Assembly: GCA_018302765.1 (NCBI GenBank)
Contig: JAGVZG010000006.1
Span: 1-63,961, forward strand
Source: Candidatus Woesearchaeota archaeon
GTDB lineage: Archaea; Nanobdellota; Nanobdellia; SCGC-AAA011-G17; GW2011-AR18
Length of the DNA: 63,961 bases
Reading direction: 5' to 3'
Under the pieces are notes generated by a model. The model saw only the letters and a list, made by a program, of their open reading frames with translations. It did not search any database and was not told where the DNA came from. Positions within the stretch are counted from its first letter, which is position 1; the number at the start of each line of letters is the position of its first letter. The position numbers and the translations under genes are program-made. Positions 47,542 to 57,925 of the stretch are shown here, piece by piece.

Positions 47542-47942
47542 AATTTAATTGCTCTCTCATTACCGCAAGCAGTGCACTTAAGATACATACCATCTGGTTT
47601 AGTTAATATTTGAGTATCTGGTTTTCCACAATTGCCGCACAAAACATAAGTGTCAGTATATTGCTGGATCTTCTGGTTTATCATAGCGCCGCTAACTTTT
47701 CTACCCAAAACCAATCTAGGCCCATCAAAAACTCCCGGAGTTGCTAACTCTTTCAGCAAAAACTTCAAAAAATGATCTTTATCTCTTCTCAATTCACCCA
47801 CTATCTGATTAAAATTAGTAACAACTGTTTTATTACCCTGAATATGTCCTTTTGCTTTAGGAACTTCAAACCTGTGTGTAATAACAATCTCTTGAGGCAG
47901 AGCTCTTATAGCTTCATCCAGCATTTCATGATAGCTTTTCAT
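47538..47942 (-). CDS. eif2b: Translation initiation factor aIF-2 beta
   Basis: RFEVPK, KFLLKELATPG, YVLCGNCGKPDT...CTACG. Confidence 0.97.
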   Translation of the reverse strand: MKSYHEMLDEAIRALPQEIVITHRFEVPKAKGHIQGNKTVVTNFNQIVGELRRDKDHFLKFLLKELATPGVFDGPRLVLGRKVSGAMINQKIQQYTDTYVLCGNCGKPDTQILTKPDGMYLKCTACGNERAIKL

Positions 47943-47981
47943 AGAAAACAAAATCAAGAAACTTATATAAAGTTTTTGACT

Positions 47982-48413
47982 ATGGTAAAGATCATGATAA
48001 TGGAAATACATAATCCTAAAGAAATCTTTGAAAAAATAAGAAGAAAAAGTTCACAGTATCTCATCGTAGGTGTGGACTTGTACAGAACACATAAATGTGC
48101 ATTGGAAGATAAGGCAAAATTAGATACTTCTAGGCCATACTCATATACATTTGGTGCAACATTTTTCTGTGCAGACCGCACTAATTATTTTCATAGTGGT
48201 AGATTTTTAGAGGTTATAGATTTAGTAGATAAAACAGGCGCAACGTACCTTCCGTGCAACGATGCTAAAGAAGCTAAAAAGATTTTAATGTGTAGAAGAG
48301 CAAATAAATTTAGTGTATTAAATAAAGAAGTAGTTGAAGACGCAGATGTAGACAGAGCTTACGTATTGACTCCACTTACAGAAAGAGAACTCTCAGAATT
48401 ACTGGTAACTTAA
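47982..48413 (+). CDS. Hypothetical protein
   Basis: Plausible 3' part of ORF 47772-48413; the 5' part overlaps aIF-2beta antisense, so the start was moved. Confidence 0.5.
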   Translation: MVKIMIMEIHNPKEIFEKIRRKSSQYLIVGVDLYRTHKCALEDKAKLDTSRPYSYTFGATFFCADRTNYFHSGRFLEVIDLVDKTGATYLPCNDAKEAKKILMCRRANKFSVLNKEVVEDADVDRAYVLTPLTERELSELLVT

Positions 48414-48430
48414 AAATAAATCATTTGCAT

Positions 48431-48847
48431 CTAGAAAATATTAAAGGCCAATTTCACTTCTTCATCCATTCCAGGAATGCAATCAAAACTATCTAATTCA
48501 TCAGGACTTATCCAAGCAAAGTCCTCAAAATCCTTGGATAATTTTATATCTTCTGATTTAGCTATTATTATGAAACAAATGCCTACAACATTATGGCCAT
48601 CTGGTCTAATAAAAGTATAATCCTTAAGGTAATGCTTATTTTCATCAATCTCCAAACCAACCTCTTCCAAAACTTCCCTTTTAAGAGTTTTTAAAAGTGT
48701 TTCTCCCTTCTCAAGCTTGCCACCAGGAAAAGCCCATTTGCCAGGATAAGCAATCTCATTAGTGTTTCTTTTAACAATCAGAAATTTATTACCGCTTTTG
48801 TTTTTAATAAATGCAGTTACAGCAACAATATGTTTTTTGTCATCCAT
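48431..48847 (-). CDS. NUDIX hydrolase
   Basis: PGGKLEKGETLLKTLKREVLEEVGL. Confidence 0.93.
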   Translation of the reverse strand: MDDKKHIVAVTAFIKNKSGNKFLIVKRNTNEIAYPGKWAFPGGKLEKGETLLKTLKREVLEEVGLEIDENKHYLKDYTFIRPDGHNVVGICFIIIAKSEDIKLSKDFEDFAWISPDELDSFDCIPGMDEEVKLAFNIF

Positions 48848-48849
48848 TC

Positions 48850-49527
48850 TTAACTCATAACTCTTAATTTACCTTTATGCAATTCAAATATTTCACCATT
48901 CATTAATAAATTATTAATTAAATCTCTAGCCTCAGTAAATTTGCTTTTATTAATAACTTCCTCTAAATCAGCTCCATCTCCAAAATCTAATTGTTCTATT
49001 AACTCTAATATTGCCTCTCTGGAATTTTGTATATTTACAACCTTCTCTTCAACAACGCCAATAGTTAGCTCATCATCAGAAGTATTATTGTAAACAGAAG
49101 CAGAATTATTCTCAACCCTTTGAACTTCTCCATATAACTTAACTAATTCCAATTTCCTAACCTTTAGCCACAAAGGATTATCAATTTTTTTTATAATTTC
49201 AGGCGTTATGTAAACAAAACCATTGTACTCTTTTACTTTTCCTACAACTAAAACAATGTCACCTACCTCAACATCAGAAAAAGCATTTGTTCCTTCATTC
49301 CAGATTCTCAATCTCAAAACCCCAGAACCATCATCTAAATTAAAAGATAAAGAATTCTCATTGGTAAATTTATCAACAATACTTCCAACAATATTTACCC
49401 TAGATATCTTTTGATTCCTTATTTCAACGTATCCGGATTCAAATTGCTCCTGCCCTTTAAAATAATTTCCCTTAATTAAATCAGCAATCCAGATCTTGTA
49501 AGCAACATTTCTTTTAATAGTATCCAT
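48850..49527 (-). CDS. RPA32-like OB-fold/winged-helix ssDNA-binding protein
   Basis: SRVNIVGSIV, LDDGSG, VVGKVKEY OB fold; C-terminal HTH; directly downstream of mcm. Confidence 0.8.
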   Translation of the reverse strand: MDTIKRNVAYKIWIADLIKGNYFKGQEQFESGYVEIRNQKISRVNIVGSIVDKFTNENSLSFNLDDGSGVLRLRIWNEGTNAFSDVEVGDIVLVVGKVKEYNGFVYITPEIIKKIDNPLWLKVRKLELVKLYGEVQRVENNSASVYNNTSDDELTIGVVEEKVVNIQNSREAILELIEQLDFGDGADLEEVINKSKFTEARDLINNLLMNGEIFELHKGKLRVMS

Positions 49528-49528
49528 A

Positions 49529-51559
49529 TTAGTTCACCCTCGAAATATAACCCCTTTTTGGCTCAAATATATCACCTGACTTTTTAAGCTGATCAATTGC
49601 CTCCTCCACTTTACCTTCTTCTATGCCTCTAGAAGCGGCTTGAGTAATTATTTCCTCTAAAGGTATATCTTTTAAGCCTTTTCTTTCTAAATCTATAATT
49701 ATTTCTTTGACTGCAATTATTTTTCCCCTGGTAGAGGCACTTATACCTGTGCTTATTCTATCTATGTCAATTTGCCCTGTTTCAGGATCAAAGCCTACCT
49801 GCATCAAACAATACCTTAATAATTCTATTGCCCTTCTAGCGTCTTCTTTTGAAACCTCATTGTCTAATCTTACCTTAGCAGATGCTTCAGCTAGTCTAAC
49901 TAAACCTTCAAGTTGTCTTGCAGATATTGGTATTGGTTTAATACCTTCGTCATCTGATTTACCAGAATTTCTTAGCTGAACATAAAAATCCTTAATCTCA
50001 TGAATTGCTATTTTAGTTAATTTAGGTTTTAATTTCTGTTTTGCATATGCAATATATTTTCTCAAAAAGTTAACACTAACTTCTCCACGATAAATCTCCT
50101 CATTGTGTGAAGATTCTAAAACATGTAAAGCAATTTTTTCATCCTTATCTTTATTAGGTATGTCTCTGACAGGAAAAATTAAATCAAATCTATTAATTAA
50201 AGTGCTCGGTAAATCTATTTGCGAAGCTATTGGTGTATATGGATCAAATCTACCTAACTTAGGATTAGCAGCAGCCAATAATGAAGTTTGTGAAGTTAAA
50301 GTTGCCTGAATATTTGCCTTACTTATAGGAATAATTTGTTGTTCCATAGCTGAGTGCAAAGCAGCAGTATCTTCTTTATCAATTTTATCCAACTCATCAA
50401 TAGCACAAAGACCTTTATTTGCTAATACTAAAGCACCAGCCTCTAAACTCCACCCTTTTAAAAATTCATCCTTAACAACTGAAGCAGTAAGTCCCGCACC
50501 CGATGCGCCTTTACCACTTACGAATCTCGCTTTGGGAGCAGCCTTAGAAATAAATTGAAGTAGTTGACTTTTACCACTTCCAGGGTCCCCAACTAGCAAA
50601 ACGTGCAAATCTCCCCTGCCTACAGTTCCATCAGGTTTTTCTCTTCTTACACCCCCAAATAACTGCAACACCAGAGCTTCCTTAATTCTGTCATGTCCAT
50701 AAATACTGGGTGCTATAGAACTAACAAATTTCTCAAAAATCCCAGGAGTTCTAGAAAAATTAAGTATCTGTTGTTCATCTTCATTAGTAAGTACAATATC
50801 TGAATAATCTTCTTGTACTGGCTCTATATTATTCGCCTCTAAAACTAAATCATATCTTACAGATTGTACTCCTGTTTTAAGCTGTATTGGAACTTCTTTA
50901 ACAATACCATAAATTCTAACTTTAGCTCCAGGCGTTGTTTTTCTCTCCATCTTAGGTTCAACCAAATCTTCTTTAAGAAAAACACTCAGTCTTTTAGGCT
51001 GCTCCCCGCCATACAAACTCTCTGGAGATTCTTCTATTTTCAAATGCTGGACATCAATTAGGTCTTTAGAAAGTAACCTAAATTTTCCTCTCCAGCCACA
51101 AGTGCACCTACTAGGTTCTTTAAATTTCTGGTCTATTTGCAATATAGAAATTGTATTTCCACAACCAGCGCATTCAAACTTTGCACTAGTAACTTGAGGT
51201 CTAACGTCAGAGGCTTGCCTGACAATTCCTTCTACGTACAAGAAACTGCCTAAATGAACGCTTCTTATATCACTAATTCTTACTCTTTGCGTTTCAGGCA
51301 AATTTGTAAATCTCACAGCAATTCCTTTGGTCTCTGCTGGCAAATCAAACTGTTCTAATGAAAGTTCAGCAGATCTCGCTGTATCTTCAGGAGAGTCTAA
51401 CAAATCATCAGCCAACTCAGGATTATAACTAACAATATCAGGAAAAGAAATCACTAAAGAATTTCTGCCTAACTGAATAACTTCATACAAATTAATTTTA
51501 TAATGAGCATCTATAAATTCCTTAAAAGCACCTATTTGATCATTTACGTCCATATTCAC
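49529..51559 (-). CDS. mcm: MCM replicative helicase
   Basis: CAGC...CTC Zn motif, GDPGSGKSQ, IDELDKI, AAANPKLGRFD, SARQLE arginine finger; no intein seen. Confidence 0.98.
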   Translation of the reverse strand: MNMDVNDQIGAFKEFIDAHYKINLYEVIQLGRNSLVISFPDIVSYNPELADDLLDSPEDTARSAELSLEQFDLPAETKGIAVRFTNLPETQRVRISDIRSVHLGSFLYVEGIVRQASDVRPQVTSAKFECAGCGNTISILQIDQKFKEPSRCTCGWRGKFRLLSKDLIDVQHLKIEESPESLYGGEQPKRLSVFLKEDLVEPKMERKTTPGAKVRIYGIVKEVPIQLKTGVQSVRYDLVLEANNIEPVQEDYSDIVLTNEDEQQILNFSRTPGIFEKFVSSIAPSIYGHDRIKEALVLQLFGGVRREKPDGTVGRGDLHVLLVGDPGSGKSQLLQFISKAAPKARFVSGKGASGAGLTASVVKDEFLKGWSLEAGALVLANKGLCAIDELDKIDKEDTAALHSAMEQQIIPISKANIQATLTSQTSLLAAANPKLGRFDPYTPIASQIDLPSTLINRFDLIFPVRDIPNKDKDEKIALHVLESSHNEEIYRGEVSVNFLRKYIAYAKQKLKPKLTKIAIHEIKDFYVQLRNSGKSDDEGIKPIPISARQLEGLVRLAEASAKVRLDNEVSKEDARRAIELLRYCLMQVGFDPETGQIDIDRISTGISASTRGKIIAVKEIIIDLERKGLKDIPLEEIITQAASRGIEEGKVEEAIDQLKKSGDIFEPKRGYISRVN

Positions 51560-51688
51560 TCTTTTAATAGCAAATAAGTTTAAAAGATATATGCTACTTA
51601 AAAATATATATCAAAGGAATTTATAAAAGTTTATAGCTATTTAATGGAGAATTTACAAAAATTAATCTATTAAATAAAAACTTATCGA

Positions 51689-52111
51689 TTATTTAACACT
51701 AATCTTAACAGTTACCATTCTACCAGCAAGATATCCATGTAAGGTCGTCCCTTTTAATAGAATTATGGGAACTTGAATAAACAAAATATTAACTAAAAAT
51801 ATATCAAAAGGAAAATATAACCAAAATAAAAGAGTACTAAAACTAATAGTATAAAGTATAGTATGAATTAATTGGTTTTTTAGTGAATATTTTCTTTTCC
51901 AATAAGTTTTCATAAAAATCATTCCTACAGACCTATCTTCATTGAAAGCTATCAAAATAAGTTTATATATAAAAAATAAAGAAATGAAAATAAATTTTTT
52001 AATTAATATTGAATTATTTAAAAAAAGAAAAGGCATGAAAAAAATAGAAACAAATACAACATTAATCAAAGAGCTTAATCCTTTCTCAAAAATATTTGTT
52101 TCACGCATTTT
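51689..52111 (-). CDS. Hypothetical membrane protein (possibly RDD-like)
   Basis: Multiple TM segments; start uncertain. Confidence 0.5.
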   Translation of the reverse strand, partial: KMRETNIFEKGLSSLINVVFVSIFFMPFLFLNNSILIKKFIFISLFFIYKLILIAFNEDRSVGMIFMKTYWKRKYSLKNQLIHTILYTISFSTLLFWLYFPFDIFLVNILFIQVPIILLKGTTLHGYLAGRMVTVKISVK

Positions 52112-52115
52112 AAAA

Positions 52116-52421
52116 TTATTCAATATCCATTTTAATAATATCGCCTTCAATTTTAACCTTATAACTTCTAATACTATAAGTAGGAGAATTTAAACATAAA
52201 CCGGTTTTAATATTAAACATAAATGCATGCATAGGACAAATTACTTCTTCATCATCTAATTGCCCATCAATTAATTCGCCACTCCTATGAGGACAAACAG
52301 CACTTATTGCATAAACCTTCCCATCTAAAAAAACCAAAAGAATTTTATCTTCTCCTAAGGTGACAAGTTTTCGTCCGCTCTCTCTTAATTCATCAACGCT
52401 AGCAACTTCAACAAAAGTCAC
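52116..52421 (-). CDS. Rieske [2Fe-2S] ferredoxin
   Basis: CPH...CPMH Rieske motifs. Confidence 0.92.
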   Translation of the reverse strand: MTFVEVASVDELRESGRKLVTLGEDKILLVFLDGKVYAISAVCPHRSGELIDGQLDDEEVICPMHAFMFNIKTGLCLNSPTYSIRSYKVKIEGDIIKMDIE

Positions 52422-52422
52422 A

Positions 52423-52971
52423 TTAAGCTTTCTTTTTCAATTCAAGCAAGTTCTTAACCAATAAATCCAATGCTTCTTTCAGTTTGCTTTCGCTTCTTGT
52501 CCCTGTACAAACAATCTTTCCGTTACTGAACAATAAAAAAGTTGCTCTTGTTCCGCTCAACTTATAAACTAAACCTGGAAATTGCTCTGGTTCATACTCT
52601 GTATTATCTAATTGCATAGCCAACATATTTAAATTTAAATCCATACCTATACCGCCAGAAGCAACCATATTCTGTACTGTAACTCTTGGTTGTGCAGTAA
52701 TCTTAATACCAATCTTTTCAACATTTTTTATAATCTGTTTTATCGCCTCTCTCAATTTTTGCATACTTCTGGCTCCAGTACAAACAACATTACCGCTTCC
52801 AAATATCAATGCAGAAGTTTTAGGTTCTCTTATTCTCATAACTAAACCTGGAAATTGCTCTGGATTATATTCAGTATTTGGTAATTTTTCAGCTAATTTT
52901 ATTAAAGGAATATCATGCTCCAGACTTGTAGAAGCAACAATATTTACAATTTTTAGCTCTTTCTTAACCAT
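52423..52971 (-). CDS. tbp: TATA-box binding protein
   Basis: Two repeats YNPEQFPGL and YEPEQFPGL; LIFGSGNVVCTGA. Confidence 0.99.
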   Translation of the reverse strand: MVKKELKIVNIVASTSLEHDIPLIKLAEKLPNTEYNPEQFPGLVMRIREPKTSALIFGSGNVVCTGARSMQKLREAIKQIIKNVEKIGIKITAQPRVTVQNMVASGGIGMDLNLNMLAMQLDNTEYEPEQFPGLVYKLSGTRATFLLFSNGKIVCTGTRSESKLKEALDLLVKNLLELKKKA

Positions 52972-53049
52972 TTGAAATTCCCCCTCTATAAGTTATTTAT
53001 AAATAAATGCAGAAAGATTTATAAACATTGTTTAAAAGACATACAACTT

Positions 53050-53346
53050 ATGAGTAGCAAAAAATTAGAAGTAATATCTACTGAATGGACTGAAGATGGT
53101 TTAACATTATTTAGATTAAGGGACAAGGAAGAAGTCTACATTATACCTGATAGATTTAATTTTACCTTGGGAGAAAAAATTGAAATTCTAGGGTGGCAAA
53201 GAGATGCTAAAATAACAAGAAGGCAGTATATTGAACATCCAGCAATAATTGTACACTCAATGACTCTATACGATGAGAATGGAAGAAGAGTAGATGATTT
53301 TGAATTCGAAACAAAAGGTGCACTATATCATAGACCGCATGCCTAA
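53050..53346 (+). CDS. Hypothetical protein
   Basis: Short OB-like ORF; start moved to MSSKK. Confidence 0.45.
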   Translation: MSSKKLEVISTEWTEDGLTLFRLRDKEEVYIIPDRFNFTLGEKIEILGWQRDAKITRRQYIEHPAIIVHSMTLYDENGRRVDDFEFETKGALYHRPHA

Positions 53347-56195
53347 TTAAAGCCAATCTCAAATATTTTTTCTTTTATTTCCCCTCTTGAATTAAATTTG
53401 CAGTTTGCAGGAGATTCAAATTTCAAATTCTTTGCACCGCATCTTTCTTGAATTTGTTTCTTCCATTTTTCTAATTTAACTTCAATATTGATAAAAATAT
53501 CAACTTTGCTTTCTTTCTTTAGACCAGCTTCCTTTCTTAGAGCCTGCACTCTTCTCATCAGTTCCCTGGCAAAACCTTCTTCCTCTAATTCCTTATTTGT
53601 CGTTAAATCCAATGCAATATGCCCATACTGAAATACAATTCCTTGCAACTCTTCATCTAAAGTTTTGTCTGTAGGAAAAAATTCTATTTCTTTAATATTT
53701 GTCTGCTTCAAAATTAAAGAATCCACAAAAGGTTTGATTTTGTCAATTATCTCTTTATGATCTTTGTGAACATAAACTGTTGCTTTTTTCAAAGGCCATC
53801 TAACATTTATTTTTTCTTTGTCTCTTGCAGCTAAAATACCTTGCATTAAATCTCTAGACAAATTCATTGCTGATTCTAACTTAGGATTTATTAATTTATT
53901 ATCTGGTCTAGGCCATGGCTGTAAATGAATTGATTCATTTTTATAAACCTCTAAATTTAATTTCTCAGTAAAAAATGGCAAAAAAGGGGCTAGCAAAGTT
54001 ATCCCATCAAAATAAGAATCATACAATACTTTCTGCACTTTCCGGTCTTCTAAGCCATCCCTGATAAACTGAACATAAATTTTAGAAAGATCAGTCAACA
54101 GAAAATTCTTAATTTCCTCTATAGCTCTATGATATTCTAAACAATCTAAGTAATCTGTAACTTTAATTTTCAAGTTTTCTCTTTTAGATAATATCCATAA
54201 GCTTGCTGGATCTTTGCTATACTGCTTTGCAGGATTAACACAGTTTTGTTTTACATAATTAGCTAAATTATCAATAATTAATAAATAACGTTGAATTTCT
54301 TTTGCAGGACCATAACCAAAATTTAAATTAAATTGGGGATTTTGATTACAATACTGCCATCTCATAACATCAGCACCAATTTTTTCTACAGCTTCATTAA
54401 ACCATATTGCATTTCCCTTGCTTTTGTGCATTGATTCCCCTTTCTCATCCCTGACCTCTTCATAAACTAAAATTCTTTTATAAGGAACTACACCCTCCAA
54501 AACAACAGACATAAACAATTGAGCATAGAACCAAAGTCTAACTTGTGACCTCATCTCTATTTCTAAATCTGCCGGAAACCATTTTTTCCAATACTCCTTA
54601 TTCTCAAAATATTTTAAAGTTGAAAAAGGAACTATTCCAGCATCCAGCCAACAATCTCCTACTTCTTTTATTCTCTCTAGTTCCCCTCCACATTTGCACT
54701 TAATTTTTATATTGTCTATCCAAGGTCTATGAAGCTCAGGAAGTTCATCAACTTCTTTTTTATTAACTGCTTTTTCTCTAAATTCCTTTTTAGATCCTAT
54801 AACTTCAATATTTTCACACTTCTTACATTCATAGAACATTAAAGGTAAACCCCAGTATCTTCTTCTAGAAATGTTCCAATCTTCCATATTTTCCAGCCAA
54901 TCTTGCATTAATTTGCCAGTATGCTCTGGGTACCATTCAACCTTAGCTGCTTCTTTTTTCATAATAGGTCTTATTTCATCACAAGCAATAAACCATGAAG
55001 AATCTAATCTAAAAACTAACTCCTCTTTACACCTCCAACAAATAGGATACCTGTGTTTATAATTCTCCACAGCAAAAATAAATCCTCTTTTTTCTAAATC
55101 ATTTATAATTTCCTTCTTGATTTCCCTAACATTTTTTCCACTAAGCCATCCGTATCCGCTATTATAATTACCAAAATCATCTAAAGCAGGATTTAAAATC
55201 TTAAGTTTTAGCCTTTTACCTAACTCATAATCTTCTTGGCCACAATTTGGTGCAATATGTACTATTCCTGTCCCGTCTTTCTCTCCAACTTCATTCCAAG
55301 GAACTACACGAGGAAAAACTCCCTTTTGCACATCAATCTCTGGATAAAAAGATTCATACTCCAACCCAACCAAATCAGCACCCTTTAGGTTTTCAAGCAC
55401 TAAAGAATCACCGCCAACCTTAGACATTGTTGCTTCAGATATATAATATATATCTCCACCTTTCCTAACCTGAACATAATTGATCTCAGGATTTACTGCT
55501 GCAGCAACATTGCTTGAAAGGGTCCACTCAGTGGTTGTCCAAATTAATAAATATTCATTTTCCCTTCCTTTTATCTTCGCTTTAATATAAACAGAAGGGT
55601 GCACTAAATCTGCATAACCTTCATCACTCATTTCATGCTTGGAAGAACTTGTGCCACATCTTATACACCATGGAAGAATCCTATATCCTTTATACAGCCA
55701 TCCTTTCTCATGGCATTTTTTCAAGAAAAACCATATAGCTTCAATATTAGTATTACTCATAGTATAATAATCATTACCCCAATCCATCCACTGTCCTAAG
55801 TGCATGGATTGTTCTGTCTGAACTTTAGAGAACTTTTCAACCCTCCGTCTGCATGCTTTAGAAAAAGTATCCAATCCAAAATTCTCAATGTCTTTTTTTG
55901 AATTAAATCCTAAATCCTTTTCAGTCTCAACTTCCAACCACAAACCTTGGCAATCAAAACCATTTTGATATCTCTCATCACAGCCCTGCATAGCCTTATA
56001 TCTTTGAAATAAATCCTTCAATGTTCTTCCCCAGGCATGGTGAACGCCCATTGGATTATTTGCAGTTATTGGCCCATCAATAAAAGAAAAGTGCTTTTTA
56101 CCTTCATTTCTGTTTCTTAGTTTATCAAAAATCTTTTTTTCTTTCCAATAAAACAATACGTCCTTTTCTGTTTCAAATCCATTATAAATTGCCAT
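53343..56195 (-). CDS. ileS: Isoleucyl-tRNA synthetase (type 2-like)
   Basis: DGPITAN, GFDCQGL, WTTTEWTL, GTGIVHIAP editing domain, WNISRRRYWG, DCWLDAG, MHKSKGN. Confidence 0.95.
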   Translation of the reverse strand: MAIYNGFETEKDVLFYWKEKKIFDKLRNRNEGKKHFSFIDGPITANNPMGVHHAWGRTLKDLFQRYKAMQGCDERYQNGFDCQGLWLEVETEKDLGFNSKKDIENFGLDTFSKACRRRVEKFSKVQTEQSMHLGQWMDWGNDYYTMSNTNIEAIWFFLKKCHEKGWLYKGYRILPWCIRCGTSSSKHEMSDEGYADLVHPSVYIKAKIKGRENEYLLIWTTTEWTLSSNVAAAVNPEINYVQVRKGGDIYYISEATMSKVGGDSLVLENLKGADLVGLEYESFYPEIDVQKGVFPRVVPWNEVGEKDGTGIVHIAPNCGQEDYELGKRLKLKILNPALDDFGNYNSGYGWLSGKNVREIKKEIINDLEKRGFIFAVENYKHRYPICWRCKEELVFRLDSSWFIACDEIRPIMKKEAAKVEWYPEHTGKLMQDWLENMEDWNISRRRYWGLPLMFYECKKCENIEVIGSKKEFREKAVNKKEVDELPELHRPWIDNIKIKCKCGGELERIKEVGDCWLDAGIVPFSTLKYFENKEYWKKWFPADLEIEMRSQVRLWFYAQLFMSVVLEGVVPYKRILVYEEVRDEKGESMHKSKGNAIWFNEAVEKIGADVMRWQYCNQNPQFNLNFGYGPAKEIQRYLLIIDNLANYVKQNCVNPAKQYSKDPASLWILSKRENLKIKVTDYLDCLEYHRAIEEIKNFLLTDLSKIYVQFIRDGLEDRKVQKVLYDSYFDGITLLAPFLPFFTEKLNLEVYKNESIHLQPWPRPDNKLINPKLESAMNLSRDLMQGILAARDKEKINVRWPLKKATVYVHKDHKEIIDKIKPFVDSLILKQTNIKEIEFFPTDKTLDEELQGIVFQYGHIALDLTTNKELEEEGFARELMRRVQALRKEAGLKKESKVDIFINIEVKLEKWKKQIQERCGAKNLKFESPANCKFNSRGEIKEKIFEIGFN

Positions 56196-56374
56196 TTCAA
56201 TTCATCATCAATAAAACACACAAAATATGGTTTTATAAAACAATTTATAAATTTTCCCAAATGGGCTTACTACTTAATCATTAAAAACAAATATTTATAT
56301 ATAATTAAAAACAAATATAAAATTACAAGAATTAGTTTAAACACTTTTCTTGGGATGGAAGGAGTGAATAAGTC

Positions 56375-56680
56375 ATGGAAAGAAGGTTTCAAAGAAGAAG
56401 TTTCGCCCCTATAAAACCAGGGGAAGAATTAGACGTAAAAATTGAAGCTGTGGGTGCAAAAGGCGATGGAATAGCAAAAGTAAAAGGATTTGTAATATTT
56501 GTACCTGGGGCAAAAGAAGGTGAAAACATAAAGGTAAGAATAACTAAGGTCTTTAGAAAAGTAGGTTTCGCTGAAATTGTTGGACAGGGAAGTGCTCCTG
56601 AAGAATCTGAAGACCATCAAGAAGAACAGTATGAAGATCAAAGTGAGGAAGAAGTAGTAGAAGAATCTAAAGAATTTTAA
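56375..56680 (+). CDS. Stand-alone TRAM-domain RNA-binding protein
   Basis: APIKPGEELDVKIEAVGAKGDGIAKVKGFVIFVPG; GGAGTGA SD motif; acidic tail. Confidence 0.92.
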   Translation: MERRFQRRSFAPIKPGEELDVKIEAVGAKGDGIAKVKGFVIFVPGAKEGENIKVRITKVFRKVGFAEIVGQGSAPEESEDHQEEQYEDQSEEEVVEESKEF

Positions 56681-56977
56681 TTTTTATTGCTTCTTTTATA
56701 TTTTTCACAATGAATAAAGAAATAACGCAAACTAACTAGCAGAAAAGCTAGAAAATATAAGATTTGTTTATGCGCAAGCAGCTAAATTACAATTTGAAGA
56801 AGAACCTCTACTTAAAAGACGTAAAGTAATAAATATTAAAAAATGCTTGAAGAAGCAGGAGAAGAAATTAAATTGACTAAACGTTATTTTGATAATTTAA
56901 AATTAGCATGTTAAAAGAAGCAGACAAATATAATTCTTGATATAAATATTTATAAAGAAATAAACAATCTAAAGCCT

Positions 56978-57925
56978 ATGGATTCTCAAATTTGGACAGA
57001 AAAACATAGGCCAGCTAATTTCGAAGAAGTTAAAGGCCAAAAAGAAATTGTAAAAAGAATAAAGGCACTGGTAGAAACTAAAAATATTCCACATATGCTT
57101 TTTGCTGGTTCTCCAGGTACGGGCAAAACAACATTAGCGCTTATTGTAGCAAAACAATTACATAAAAACAATTGGAGAAATAATTTTCTGGAATTAAATT
57201 CAAGTAACGATAGGGGGATAGACACAATAAGAAACCAAGTAAAAGATTTTGCAAAAACAATGGCAATCGAAGCTGATGCTCCTAAAATAATTTTACTGGA
57301 TGAAGCAGACGCATTAACAAAAGAAGCGCAACAGGCACTACGTAGAACCATGGAAACTTATTCAAACTCCTGTAGATTTATTTTAAGTTGCAATTTGGTA
57401 AATAAAATACTAGATCCTATCAAAAGTAGGTGTGCAATATTTAAATTTAAACAGCTGGACAAAGAAGATATAGAATTAATAATAAAAGAAATATCAAAAA
57501 AAGAAGGATTAAAAATTGATGATGAAATTATTACATTGCTATATGAAAATTGTGGAGGTGATGTAAGACAACTTCAAAATATTTTACAATCTTGTAGTGC
57601 AACATCTAAGAACATAACAAAAGAAGAAATAAAAGAATTTTTAATGTCAATAGAATCAAAAGATATTGAAGAAATATTAAACCTTGCGTTAACTAAAAGT
57701 TTTATAGAATCAAGAAAAAAATTATTAGACACAATGTTAAATCATGGTTTATCAGGTCTGGACATAGTTAAAGAGATTCAAAGAGAAATACTAAAACTAG
57801 AAATAGATGATAATAAAAAATTAAGTATAATTGAGAGGTGTGGGGAAATTGAATTCAGGCTAGTAGAAGGTTCTGATGATTTTATACAACTTGAGGCATT
57901 ACTTGCATTTATAGCTAAAAAATGA
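56978..57925 (+). CDS. rfcS: Replication factor C small subunit
   Basis: WTEKHRP, GSPGTGKT, LELNSSNDRG, LDEADAL, SRC motif. Confidence 0.98.
   Translation: MDSQIWTEKHRPANFEEVKGQKEIVKRIKALVETKNIPHMLFAGSPGTGKTTLALIVAKQLHKNNWRNNFLELNSSNDRGIDTIRNQVKDFAKTMAIEADAPKIILLDEADALTKEAQQALRRTMETYSNSCRFILSCNLVNKILDPIKSRCAIFKFKQLDKEDIELIIKEISKKEGLKIDDEIITLLYENCGGDVRQLQNILQSCSATSKNITKEEIKEFLMSIESKDIEEILNLALTKSFIESRKKLLDTMLNHGLSGLDIVKEIQREILKLEIDDNKKLSIIERCGEIEFRLVEGSDDFIQLEALLAFIAKK

Noticed and set aside
49529-51559. Possible inteins in MCM, RFC or TopoVI
   Set aside because: Protein lengths and motif spacing are normal; no intein splice motifs were seen.
56710-56914. Coding-like sequence between the TRAM gene and rfcS
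   Set aside because: Interrupted by stops and frameshifts and matches no family I recognise; at most an unassignable remnant.
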